64,000 bases of DNA from Narcine bancroftii (lineage: Eukaryota). The stretch's first letter is position 1; each line of letters starts with the position of its first letter. The translations under genes were made by a program, and so were the position numbers. Location: the NCBI RefSeq assembly GCF_036971445.1, contig NC_091480.1:99324001-99388000 (forward strand), in the 5' to 3' direction. Below the pieces are notes generated by a model. That model worked only from the letters and a program-made list of their open reading frames with translations. It searched no databases and had not been told where the DNA came from. Shown here in pieces: positions 25,354 to 36,144 of this stretch.

Positions 25354-26736
25354 TGACTCACTTGATTCACTTACATCTTCCTACAAGTAAAACATTCCCG
25401 CTTAAATAAAGCTCATCTTCAAAAAGCTAAAAGGAATGGTGGATTGGCACTTCCTAATTTTAAATTTTATTGCTGGGTGGTCAATATACGGAATTTGCTT
25501 CTTTTGTTACACTTTGATAATCTACTTGTCTGGCCTCTTTATTGTAGAAATGGAACTTAAATTTACTAAAAGAATTTATATGTTGGAAATTTTAGGGCTT
25601 TTTATTTATCTTCTTCTTTATATAAACTAACTGATAATCCAATACCATTTAGGTTTTTTGGATTTCAGAGTTTTTCTCTTGTCAGCCCTATTATATCTAA
25701 TCATCTTTTTCAACCTTCTATGCAAAATACTGTCTTTAATGACTGGCATAGATTGTGTATAAAATGTTTTAAAGACCTTTTTATTTGAAACAATTTTGCT
25801 TCCTTTGAACAATTGGTGGTAAAATTTAACTTACCAAGCATTCATTTTTTTTATATTTACAAGTTAGACATTTTGTTCAATCTCAGATCCATGACTTTCC
25901 ATGAATCCCTGAGGCAAACATCCTTGATACACCTTTTGATTTACAACTTTCCCATAAAAGTTTAATATCTCTTATTATTAATAATTTGTTTGTTTTAAGA
26001 ATAGCCTCGTTAGTTAAAACCAAGAACGATTGAGAATAGGATTTGAATCTTTCATTCTCAGATGAGGTTTGGGACTCTATTTGTAATCTGAATAATTCAA
26101 CCTCCTTTTGTACCTAACATGCCTTGTTGCAATTTAAAGCAGTCCATAGAGTACATAGGTCTAAAGTTAAATTGTATTGTTTTTATTCAATATAAATACT
26201 CTGTGTGATAAATGTAAAATTGGTGATTCTTCTTTGGTTCACATGTTCTGGATTTACCCTAGTTTAGAAAAATTTTGGAAAATGTCTTTCAAACATTATC
26301 ATTGATTCTTAAATTCAAATTAGAACTTTGCCCTTTAATTGCTCTAACTCAAAACCAAATTTTATCTTTTACTTCATCGTTACCCAGATGCGCAATTTTG
26401 ATTAAATAGAAAGACATTACTCCACCCACACACACACAATGGTTAAGTGATATTATGTCTTATCTAAGTTTAGAAAAATAATAGATATCCCATCAAAGAA
26501 TGAAATATTAACTTCCAAAAGGCGTGGGCCCCATTTATGGATCATTATCGTAACCCAAAGAATTCAGGATGTTCTGAAGATTGTTGTCACTTGATTCCTA
26601 CATGTCAGCTTTTAACCTTGCGTAGTGGGTTTTGAATTATGAGGGGTTTTTTTCTCTTCTTTTGAATCCTACAAAACAATATATCTGTACTGTTCAATTC
26701 TGCATAAAGTAAACATCAATAAAAATATTAAAAAAA
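25354..26736 (+). mobile_element. Degraded L1 3' fragment inserted into a CR1 tail
   Basis: L1-like ..GGLALPNF.FY and CDKCK......L.HMFW motifs; ends AATAAA plus A-run; TSD gacacttgtg at 25344-25353 and 26737-26746. Confidence 0.75.
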
Positions 26737-27614
26737 GACACTTGTGAAGATGTGGATGGATATGGACCTAATGTAGGCACATGGGTGAAAAGAGGTCAGC
26801 GCGAACTGAAAGGATGGTTTTTGTGGCAACAAATGCTGGACTGAGCAGGTGAATGGAAATGGAGAGCAGGGTCCCAAACAATTCCCTCCCTGGATGCTGC
26901 CTGACCACCCCCTTCCCTCCAGCTCAAGCACCTTCACTCCTTGCACTGAAGCAGCAAGGATCTCCTGGTGGCCAGTCAATTTAATTCCACTTTACATTCC
27001 CAAACAGGCATGTCTGTCCATGGGCACACACAGTTAGAAGAACAACACCTATCCATCTTGGCAGTCTCCAACCAAACTCCATCAACATTGAACTCCAATT
27101 TCCAATAACTTCTCCTTTAATATCTATCCCCCTGCGTGTCCCTACCCCCTCCATATGTTTCCTTCACCCCCTGACCTGTTTCCCACACTTTCCTTCCTCT
27201 AGCTCCCCACCTCCTTCCCTTCATCTACTGTCCTCCCCTATCAGAGTGTCTCTTCCTCACCCCTCCATCTCCTCTGGCTTCTTGCATTTTTCCCATTTTT
27301 TTCCTTCTCCTTTACCAACCCACTCTCTTAAAACAATGCAGCACAAGTCCTTCCACTCTCGATGTTGTGCCGATCTCTAAATGCCAAAAGATAAATACTA
27401 AACCTTCCCTGCCCCATAACCCTCTACTTTACCTCCATCTATGAGAGTCTCTTAAATATCCCTAATGTTCCAGTCTCCACCACCATTCCTGGCAAGGCAT
27501 TCAAGGCACCTCCAACTCTGTAAAAACAAAACTTCCCCATGAAGTCACCACCAAACTTTCCTCCACACACTTTGCCTTCCCCTGTGTTCATCTATTGCCA
27601 GACAGCAGACATCA

Positions 27615-28294
27615 CCCCTCCCCACCTTCATTCCCCCCTCCCCACCTTCATTCCCCCCTCCCCACCTTCATTCCCCCCTCCCCACCTTCATTCCCCCACT
27701 CCGCACCTTCATCCCCCCCACTTTCATCCCCCTCCCCACTTTCATTCCCCCTCCCCACCTTCATTCCCCCTCCCCACCTTCATCCCCCCTCCACACCTTC
27801 ATCCCCCCTCCCCACCTTCATCCCACCTTCATCCCCCCTCCCCACCTTCATCCCACCTTCATCCCCCCCTCCCCACCTTCATCCCACCTTCATTCCCCCC
27901 TCCCCACCTTCATTCCCCCCTCCCCACCTTCATCCCCCCTCCCCACCTTCATCCCCCTCCCCACCTTCATCCCCCCTCCCCACCTTCATCCCCCCCTCCC
28001 CACCTTCATCCCCCCCTCCCCACCTTCATCCCCCCCTCCCCACCTTCATCCCCCCCTCCCCACCTTCATTCCCCCCTCCCCACCTTCATTCCCCCCTCCC
28101 CACCTTCATCCCCCTCCCCACCTTCATCCCCCCCTCCCCACCTTCATCCCCCCCTCCCCACCTTCATCCCCCCCTCCCCACCTTCATCCCCCCCTCCCCA
28201 CCTTCATCCCCCTCCCCACCTTCATCCCCCTCCCCATCTTCATCCCCCTCCCCATCTTCATCCCCCTCCCCATCTTCATCCCCCCTCCCCACCT
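27615..28294. repeat. C-rich minisatellite, about 20-bp unit CCCCACCTTCAT(C/T)CCCCCCT, about 34 copies
   Basis: Exact 20-nt periodicity visible at 28021-28200; G-rich on the minus strand. Confidence 0.95.
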
Positions 28295-28329
28295 GCATTT
28301 TCTCCGTCTTCCCCTGCATTCATCTATCC

Positions 28330-28630
28330 CCTCGACTCGACCCTCTACCCTTTACGCCGCCCCCGCACTAAAGTCTCGCTGCGATCCCTCCAGACGGTCG
28401 TTCCGGCTACTGACCCCCCCAGGCCGGACCCTCCGCTCCGATCCACCGGACCGTCCGCTGTTGCCACGGTTACCGGCCGCGCCGCGCGTGCCGTTGCCCT
28501 GACAATGGGCCTGTTGCCACGTGACCGTCGACGTGCCGCGGCGGGGTAACGACTGGTGGTCGAGGGAAGGGAGCTGGTGCCGCTGATGGGACCCCAACAC
28601 CGGAGCTCAAGTAAGGCCGCGTCCGTTCCG
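28330..28630. promoter_or_regulatory. CpG-rich island, probable (bidirectional) promoter of CCDC103
   Basis: Only non-transposon CpG-dense segment in the window; about 6 kb upstream of the CCDC103 ATG exon, which requires a non-coding exon 1; plus-strand donor CAA|GTAAGG at 28610/28611. Confidence 0.75.
28460..28550. promoter_or_regulatory. Cluster of RFX X-box-like motifs plus an E-box
   Basis: GTTGCCACGGTTAC (28460-28473), GTTGCCCTGACAAT (28493-28506), GTTGCCACGTGAC (28513-28525, containing CACGTG), half-site GGTAAC (28545-28550); consensus GTNRCC-N0-3-RGYAAC; CCDC103 is a motile-cilia gene. Confidence 0.7.
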
Positions 28631-28732
28631 CACAGCAAAGGACTGCTAGCCCCAGCTCCCACCCCTCCATACCTTTCCCTAGCGCCTGCTCAGTCCGCTT
28701 CCCCTTTGACAGGATCCAGGTGAACTGGGAAC

Positions 28733-30259
28733 TGGGCCAAGGATGGGCAGGGGGAGACAAGAGGAGGAGCTGCACTTTGGTGGGTTAAGGATGGGGGCCG
28801 AGGATGGGCAGGGGGAGACAAGAGGAGGTGGTGCACTTTGGTGGGTTAAGGATGGGGGCCAAGGATGGGCAGGGGGAGACAAGAGGAGGAGCTGCACTTT
28901 GGTGGGTTAAGGATGGTGGGCCAAGGATGGGCAGGGGGAGACAAGAGGAGTTGGTGCACTTTGGTGGGTTAAGGATGGGGGCCAAGGATGGGCAGGGGGA
29001 GACAAGAGGAGGAGCTGCACTTTGGTGGGTTAAGGATGGGGGCCAAGGATGGGCAGGGGGAGACAAGAGGAGTTGGTGCACTTTGGTGGGTTAAGGATGG
29101 GGGCCAAGGATGGGCAGGGGGAGACAAGAGGAGGTGGTGCACTTTGGTGGGTTAAGGATGGGGGCCAAGGATGGGCAGGGGGAGACAAGAGGAGGAGCTG
29201 CACTTTGGTGGGTTAAGGATGGTGGGCCAAGGATGGGCAGGGGGAGACAAGAGGAGTTGGTGCACTTTGGTGGGTTAAGGATGGGGGCCAAGGATGGGCA
29301 GGGGGAGACAAGAGGAGGAGCTGCACTTTGGTGGGTTAAGGATGGGGGCCAAGGATGGGCAGGGGGAGACAAGAGGAGGAGCTGCACTTTGGTGGGTTAA
29401 GGATGGGGGCCAAGGATGGGCAGGGGGAGACGAGGAAGAAGGTGCACTTTGGTGGGTTAAGGATGGTGGGCCAAGGATGGGCAGGGGGAGACAAGAGGAG
29501 GAGCTGCACTTTGGTGGGTTAAGGATGGGGGCCAAGGATGGGCAGGGGGAGACGAGGAAGAAGGTGCACTTTGGTGGGTTAAGGATGGTGGGCCAAGGAT
29601 GGGCAGGGGGAGACAAGAGGAGGAGCTGCACTTTAGTGGGTTAAGGATGGTGGGCCAAGGATGGGCAGGGGGAGACAAGAGGAGTTGGTGCACTTTGGTG
29701 GGTTAAGGATGGGGGCCAAGGATGGGCAGGGGGAGACAAGAGGAGGAGGTGCACTTTGGTGGGTTAAGGATGGTGGGCCAAGGATGGGCAGGGGGAGACA
29801 AGAGGAGTTGGTGCACTTTGGTGGGTTAAGGATGGGGGCCAAGGATGGGCAGGGGGAGACAAGAGGAGGAGCTGCACTTTGGTGGGTTAAGGATGGTGGG
29901 CCAAGGATGGGCAGGGGGAGACAAGAGGAGGAGCTGCACTTTGGTGGGTTAAGGATGGGGGCCAAGGATGGGCAGGGGGAGACAAGAGGAGGAGCTGCAC
30001 TTTGGTGGGTTAAGGATGGGGGCCAAGGATGGGCAGGGGGAGACAAGAGGAGGAGCTGCACTTTGGTGGGTTAAGGATGGTGGGCCAAGGATGGGCAGGG
30101 GGAGACAAGAGGAGGAGCTGCACTTTGGTGGGTTAAGGATGGTGGGCCAAGGATGGGCAGGGGGAGACAAGAGGAGGGAGGTGCACTTTGGTGGGTTAAG
30201 GATGGGGGCCAAGGATGGGCAGGGGGAGACGAGGAAGGGAGTGTACTTTGGTGGGTTAA
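28733..30259. repeat. G-rich minisatellite, 61-62-bp unit, about 25 copies
   Basis: Unit gccaaggatgggcagggggagacaagaggaggagctgcactttggtgggttaaggatgggg with few variants. Confidence 0.97.
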
Positions 30260-30324
30260 CGTGAAACCAAGGCAGGGTGACCTGTGAATGATTGGAGCCT
30301 GGGCTGCATGACAGAACAGAGGAA

Positions 30325-31155
30325 CTTTGGCATATTGAACACTGCAGCACAGAAATCAGGCCTTTTGGCCCTTTTAGTCTGTACTGAAGCATCATTCCAC
30401 TTGTCCCACTGACCTGCACCCATTCCAATACCATCCAGACCTCTCCCATCCATGCATCTATCGAATTTATTCTTAAAACTTGATCCTACATTTGCCAGTC
30501 AGATAGCAGCTCATTCCACCCTCCCACCACTCTCTGAGTGAAGAAGTTCCTCCTAAACCTTTCCCCATTTTCCCCTAAAGACATGCCCTCTAATGTTTAT
30601 CTCTTCTAATTTAAGTGGAAAGAGCCTGCTCATATTTACTCTGTCTGATCCCCTCATAATTTTGTAAACCTCTATCAAATTTCCTCTCATTCTTCTACAC
30701 TCTTAGGGATTAAGTCCTGTAGCTCAACTCGAAGACCCAGCAACATCCTAGTAAATTCTTCTCTGCACACTTTCAATCTTACTGATAGCTATCCTGTAGT
30801 TAGATGACCAAAACTACAAACAACACTCCAAATTTGGCCTCACCAATGTCTTATACAACTTCACCATAACATCCCAATTCCTATACTCAATACTTTAATT
30901 TATGAAGGCCAAGATGCCAAAGCTTTCTTTACAACCCTGTCCACCTGTGACACCACTTTCAGGGAATTATGTATCTGCATTCCAAGATCCCTTTGTTCCT
31001 CCGAAATCCTCAGTGCCCGACCATTTACTATGCATGTCCTTTCTTGGTTTGTCCTTCCAAAATGCAATACCTCATACTTGTCTGCATTAAATACCATCTG
31101 CCATTTTCTGACCCATTTTTCCAGTTGGTCCAGATCCTTCTGAAAGCTTTGAACA
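30325..31155 (-). mobile_element. CR1-like LINE 3' fragment
   Basis: FQKDLDQLEKWVRKWQMVFNADKYEVLHFGRTN..EEQRDLGMQIHNSLKV. Confidence 0.8.
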
Positions 31156-32914
31156 TAGTTCTGTGACAGTGGTGACACGGGTAGACAGAGTGATGTAGGC
31201 ATTTGGCATCGTTGCCCTCGTTGGTCAGACCATTGAATACAAGAGCTAGGACCTTATGCTATAACTGTACACCAAAATACCCTAATTAACCTGTTTATTT
31301 TTGAATGGTGGGAGGAAACCCTCGCAGACATGGGGAGAACGTACAAACTCCTCACAGACAATGCCGGTTTCTAACCTGTATCGCAGGCTCTTTCATAGCA
31401 TTGTGTTAACTGTGCCACCCTTGGGGTAAGATATCTTGCAGCTGGAAAATGAACAGAGAAGATTCATCTGAATGTAACTGGGACTGACAAGTTTAAAATA
31501 TAAGGAGATGGTTTGAGTTTTCTCCTTGCAGCATAGGAGGCTGAAGAAGGGGGAAGGAAAACTTATAGATGTGTATAACATTATGAGGTGCATGGATAAA
31601 AAAAATAGTCATGGACTTTTTCCCAATATAGGGAAATCTAAAACTGGAGAACATAGATTAAAAGTGAGTTGGGAGAGATTTCAAAGTGACCTGAGAGGCA
31701 TGTTTTTGACAGAGTGTGGTGAGTGTGTAGAATGAACTGCCAGGACAGGTTCATGCATTGAAAGTGTTTGGAGGGATATGGGCCAAATCCTGGTAAATGA
31801 GACTAGCTTGGGTCGACAATTTGGTAGGCATGGAAAAGTTTAACCGAATGGCATATTCCCATGCTGTAAAACTCTATGACTATGCTATTTCCCAAATTTT
31901 AACCCCCCCCCGACCCTAGTATAAGGGTCTTCTCCTGAATTCCGTTTGATTGGAATATTTGGTGCCTCTCAGCTTGAATTAATCCACGTGGAATCATCTA
32001 ACCTTTGTTGTGAAGATGCAAGGTCACCTCAGCTGTTTTTCATGTAAAGCACACAGTCTTTTTCAGATTTTCGAGATGTCTCCAGGCTCTGAGTTCTAAA
32101 ATTTTTCCTTTATTCACTTTCTCTGCATGCGCATGTCATTTTTATAAAGACATAATGAAAATCTCTTTTTTTTCCAGCATTTTCTGCTTGTATTTATGAT
32201 AGGGAGACCAGATCTACAAGAGTGGTCTAATTCAAATTCTAGGTCAATTTTTTCTGCATTTACATTTTAATCTGGATATTCAATAATTTTCTTATATATT
32301 CTGACATTTTTGTTACCTTGTGCAACAAAAATGCACTACATTTGTATCTCATTTTTTTTTCTGTTCCTTTAAATTATTTCCAAATTATAATTGGTCTTTC
32401 TATGCCTCCTGCCAAAACTCCATGCACTTTTGTTTATTCATTTCCAGCAATTACTTTTATAATTTTGAATTCTAAGTAGTCACATAACACATTGCCACAA
32501 GCACCACAAACATGGGAGTCTTTCACAAATGAAGTTATTAATTTGATCTGTTCATATTATTTCTGTAAACAAATAACCACAATCCCAGCACTGAGGGTAG
32601 TAGGCTTCTGGAGGAGATGGTTGACACAGGTACTGTTGCAGTGTTTAAGAAAAATTTGTATGGATACATACATGGACCAAATATGTATAGAGGGCCAGAC
32701 TCGTTCAGTGGGGCTTGTGTGGGTGGGGTCTTTGGTTGGCATAGACAAATTGGGACAAAGGGCTGTTTCTATGCTACATAATGCCAGTACCAGTTTTACC
32801 ATTTAGATCCAGCTTTATATCCAGTTTCAGCCCATTTGTATTCAGTCACATCTTTAATGTCTGTGATGTCCCATGCTTTTTGCAATTCTATCCTCTTTTT
32901 ATTTCAATTTAAAA

Positions 32915-33125
32915 AATTAGACATACAGCGTGGTAACAGACCCTTTCAGCCCATGAGCCCGTGCCCCCTGATTAACCTCCAACCCCCGGTACATTTTGAA
33001 ACGTGGGAGGAAACCAGAGCCCCCAGTCACAGGGAGAATGTCCAAACACATTACAAACAGCGCCGAATTCAAACCCAGGTGGCTGGCGCTGTAATAGTGT
33101 CGTGTTAACCACTACACTAATCATG
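32915..33125 (-). mobile_element. HE1/V-SINE-like SINE
   Basis: Same tRNA-like head (GGGTTTGAATTC) and body as the copies at 9945 and 57450. Confidence 0.65.
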
Positions 33126-33257
33126 TATTCTTTGTGTAGATAAAAATCTGGTGCAGATGCTGAGACATGACCTTGCCTTTTGAAATTAATCTTAATAATA
33201 TTCTTGGCTTTCAGATATTTTTCTTGAAGATTCTAATATCTTTCCAGCCAATAGGAT

Positions 33258-33890
33258 ATGTCAATGCTCTCAAATTTTTGCAAAGCCTTTCAAAATTTTT
33301 GCTGCAAATATTGCATAGGCGATGATAGTCTTTCACAACAGACAAAGCCAATATTACACAACAGAGGAAAAAAGCAAAGTGGTTCAAGGAAAGAAATCCA
33401 TTTCACCAACAGTTCCTTTGAGACGAAGGGTATGCAGCTGAATGAAAGGAAACCAATAAAAGAGCAGAAAAAGAAAACAGAGAATCCAAAGGTTGAGGAT
33501 TCAAAAGGCCAAAAGGGGAAGCTTTCTCCAGTGCTCAGAGGCAGAGCACGCAGACAGACCAGCAGGGAGAGTGTAAATGGTAGACACAGCAGTGTAGCAC
33601 ACAGGGCCCAAGGAAACCGATCCACCAGCAGAGAGAGGACAAAGGACAAAAACTATCCCAAAGGCAACAAAGGAAAGATAGGCAAACAGCCCAGCAAAGA
33701 GAGCCTGAAAGTCAGAAACAATCCAGCAATGAAGAGAGGCAAATCAAACAGGCAGGCCAAGAGAGAAGTGATGAACGTCAGAAAAGGTTCAGCAGTACAC
33801 AAAGAGAGCAGAAGCAGTCAGCTCAGCAAAAAGCCAGGGACCAAAAAAAATCACAGTATCCAGAAAGATTACAGGGAGATGGTGCAGTAA
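33258..33890 (+). CDS. Putative orphan 210-aa Lys/Arg/Ser-rich protein with N-terminal Cys cluster and five degenerate 22-aa repeats
   Basis: Non-transposon ORF; acceptor ttcttggctttcAG at 33213-33214; in-frame upstream TGA at 33225-33227; AATAAA at 34425-34430; no homologue recognised. Confidence 0.5.
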   Translation: MSMLSNFCKAFQNFCCKYCIGDDSLSQQTKPILHNRGKKQSGSRKEIHFTNSSFETKGMQLNERKPIKEQKKKTENPKVEDSKGQKGKLSPVLRGRARRQTSRESVNGRHSSVAHRAQGNRSTSRERTKDKNYPKGNKGKIGKQPSKESLKVRNNPAMKRGKSNRQAKREVMNVRKGSAVHKESRSSQLSKKPGTKKNHSIQKDYREMVQ

Positions 33891-36144
33891 ACAGAAGATA
33901 AGTGATCATTAAATGACTGCTGGATACACAGGGAAAGCAAGCAGTCAGCACCATGAAAAGTGAGTGAGAAAAGTCATTGCAGTGGAGAGAGTTTGAGCAG
34001 GTGGCAGGTCAGATAGAGGTTTGAGAAGGGAAGATGCCACAGCAACCACAGAGAAAGTGAAAGGCAGGTTGTGGGGGGAAAAAAGGCAGTGCAGTGCACC
34101 GAGGAAAATGAAGCCAATGCCCCACAAGATAAAATGAACAGAAAGACACTGGGGTTTGCAAAGGGAGATTGAGTAGGGGCCCAGTTCAAGCAAATGAGAG
34201 GCGACAGAGACAGAACTATCTGTTCAAACACAGAGACTCATACAAAAACTAGTGGAGCACAGAATCAGCAAGAAACACACCACAGAAAGACAAATTAAAA
34301 AAATGGCAAACAATGTGTGAGTTAAAATAATTAATAACTATGACATGTTTTTGTGTTGCTTCCAGAATTTGTTTAAACATTTGGGTTGAGATATTCGCTC
34401 ATGCTCATACATCTCATCCCAATCAATAAATATATGTTGAGGAAATTAGATGACAATAGTATGGTGCCAACTGCCAAGACAACTTGAACACCCATGCAAA
34501 ACAGTCCAACAATTGGCAAAAAATGTTAAACAAAAATGTCTATAGATGCTGGGATTGCATGCAATGCACAAATCTGCTGTATAAACTTATCAGGTCACAT
34601 AACATTCATAAGAATTAAAGGGAAGCCAATGTTTTGCCCCTGGGCTCTTTGTCAGGAATAGGCTCAGGCCTGAAATGTCAGTTACCCTTCATTGCCTCTG
34701 GATGCTGCATGACCTGCTGAGTTTCTCCAGTTTGGGCCTGGGCCCTTCAGCAGGTATAAGCAAAAACAGTCAGGCTCTAGAATAAAAAGGAGGAGAGTGG
34801 GGGGGGGGGGGTGGGGGTGGGAGAAAAGAGCAGGGGGAGGAACAAAAGTTAATAAGAACATAAGAAATGGGATCAGGAGTCACCCATCCGACCCATCAAA
34901 CCTGCTCCACCATTCAATAAGATCATGGCTCATCAGACATAGGAACTTGGGTTTTATAGAGTACGAACATAAGGATGTTTTGTTGAAGTTCTATAAACTC
35001 TGATTTCTTGCAGTGGGACATAGTGTGCAATTCTGGGAGCACACAAAAGAGAGGGTGTCCCCTGCACAAAAGGTGGTTCAATGGAGAAGTTGAGGTTATT
35101 CTCCTCAGAGGAGAGAAGATTGCCCAGAGATTTCATGGAAGTGTTCAAACATCACAGAGGTTTAGGTAAAGTGAAGAAAGAAAAGGAATTGGCAAGTGAA
35201 GGAAAGTATTTGTGGGTTAAAGTGAAACAGCTACAGAAAGGGACTAGTTTCCTGCCATGTAGTGACCAGAATTTTACTGAGAACCAAACTATTCTAACAT
35301 TCCAACTTGTATTCCAGACCTGAGCTTATAAAAAATAATTTCCTGTGCCCTTCTAAATACTTGTTGACCTGTTCTGCTACTGTTAAAGTCATGGAATCAT
35401 ACCACATGTCAACAGCTGTTCATGCCACCCATCCATATTAATCCCATCTTCCAGCATTTACTCTATAGCATTTCAATGTCGGAACAATTAATCACAGTTA
35501 TTGCTTCCAGTATTCTCTCCTGGTACTCAATCACTCTCTTGGTGAAAGGCCTTCCTCAGATCCTCTCCAAATCAGATTGTTTTCACAACGTACTCTATGT
35601 ATTCAATAATTTCCTTAGACTTTCCTGAGACAATAATTAAAGGCTTAAGTTTAGAAAATGAACTCGAAATTAGTCTTTTCACATTCTCAGGATCATCCTA
35701 AGTACTTCATGGGCCCAAACCTTTTGGCCAGTCTCACATGTGAATCCTTATCAAAGGCCTTATTGAAGTCGATATAAACTACATCTACTGCAGTGTCTTC
35801 ATCAATACACTTTGTAACCTCCAAAAAAAAAAATCAGGTTTGTCAGACAGGATCTGCAATAGTCAAAACTATGCTGGCTATCTCTGATTCAAAGTCCCTG
35901 CCCTTCCAAGTGATCATCAATCCTGTCTGTAAGAATTTTGTCCAATAGATTCCTGATATCACTTCACAGGTCTTACCTGTTGCCCTTAAAAATTAGAACA
36001 AAATTTACCATTATCCCATAAGCTGCTACCTCACCTCTGGACATAGAATATAAAAAATGTCAGCCAGACCTCCAGACATTTCTTTCCTTGTCTTCCATTG
36101 AAGCCTGAGATAAATCTGTGGTCATGCACTGCACTGTCCCTCTT

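Noticed and set aside
27539-28549. 336-aa and 258-aa proline-rich (extensin-like) ORFs
   Set aside because: Artefact of translating a stop-free C-rich minisatellite
28733-30259. Interstitial telomere (GGGTTAAGG resembles TTAGGG)
   Set aside because: Only one imperfect motif per 61-bp unit; no TTAGGG arrays
28679-30449. Many repetitive ORFs on both strands; superficially CRISPR-like periodicity
   Set aside because: Translations of the 61-bp tandem repeat; there are no unique spacers or cas genes, and the context is eukaryotic
33290-33649. 119-aa hydrophobic minus-strand ORF
   Set aside because: Antisense shadow of the purine-rich 210-aa ORF
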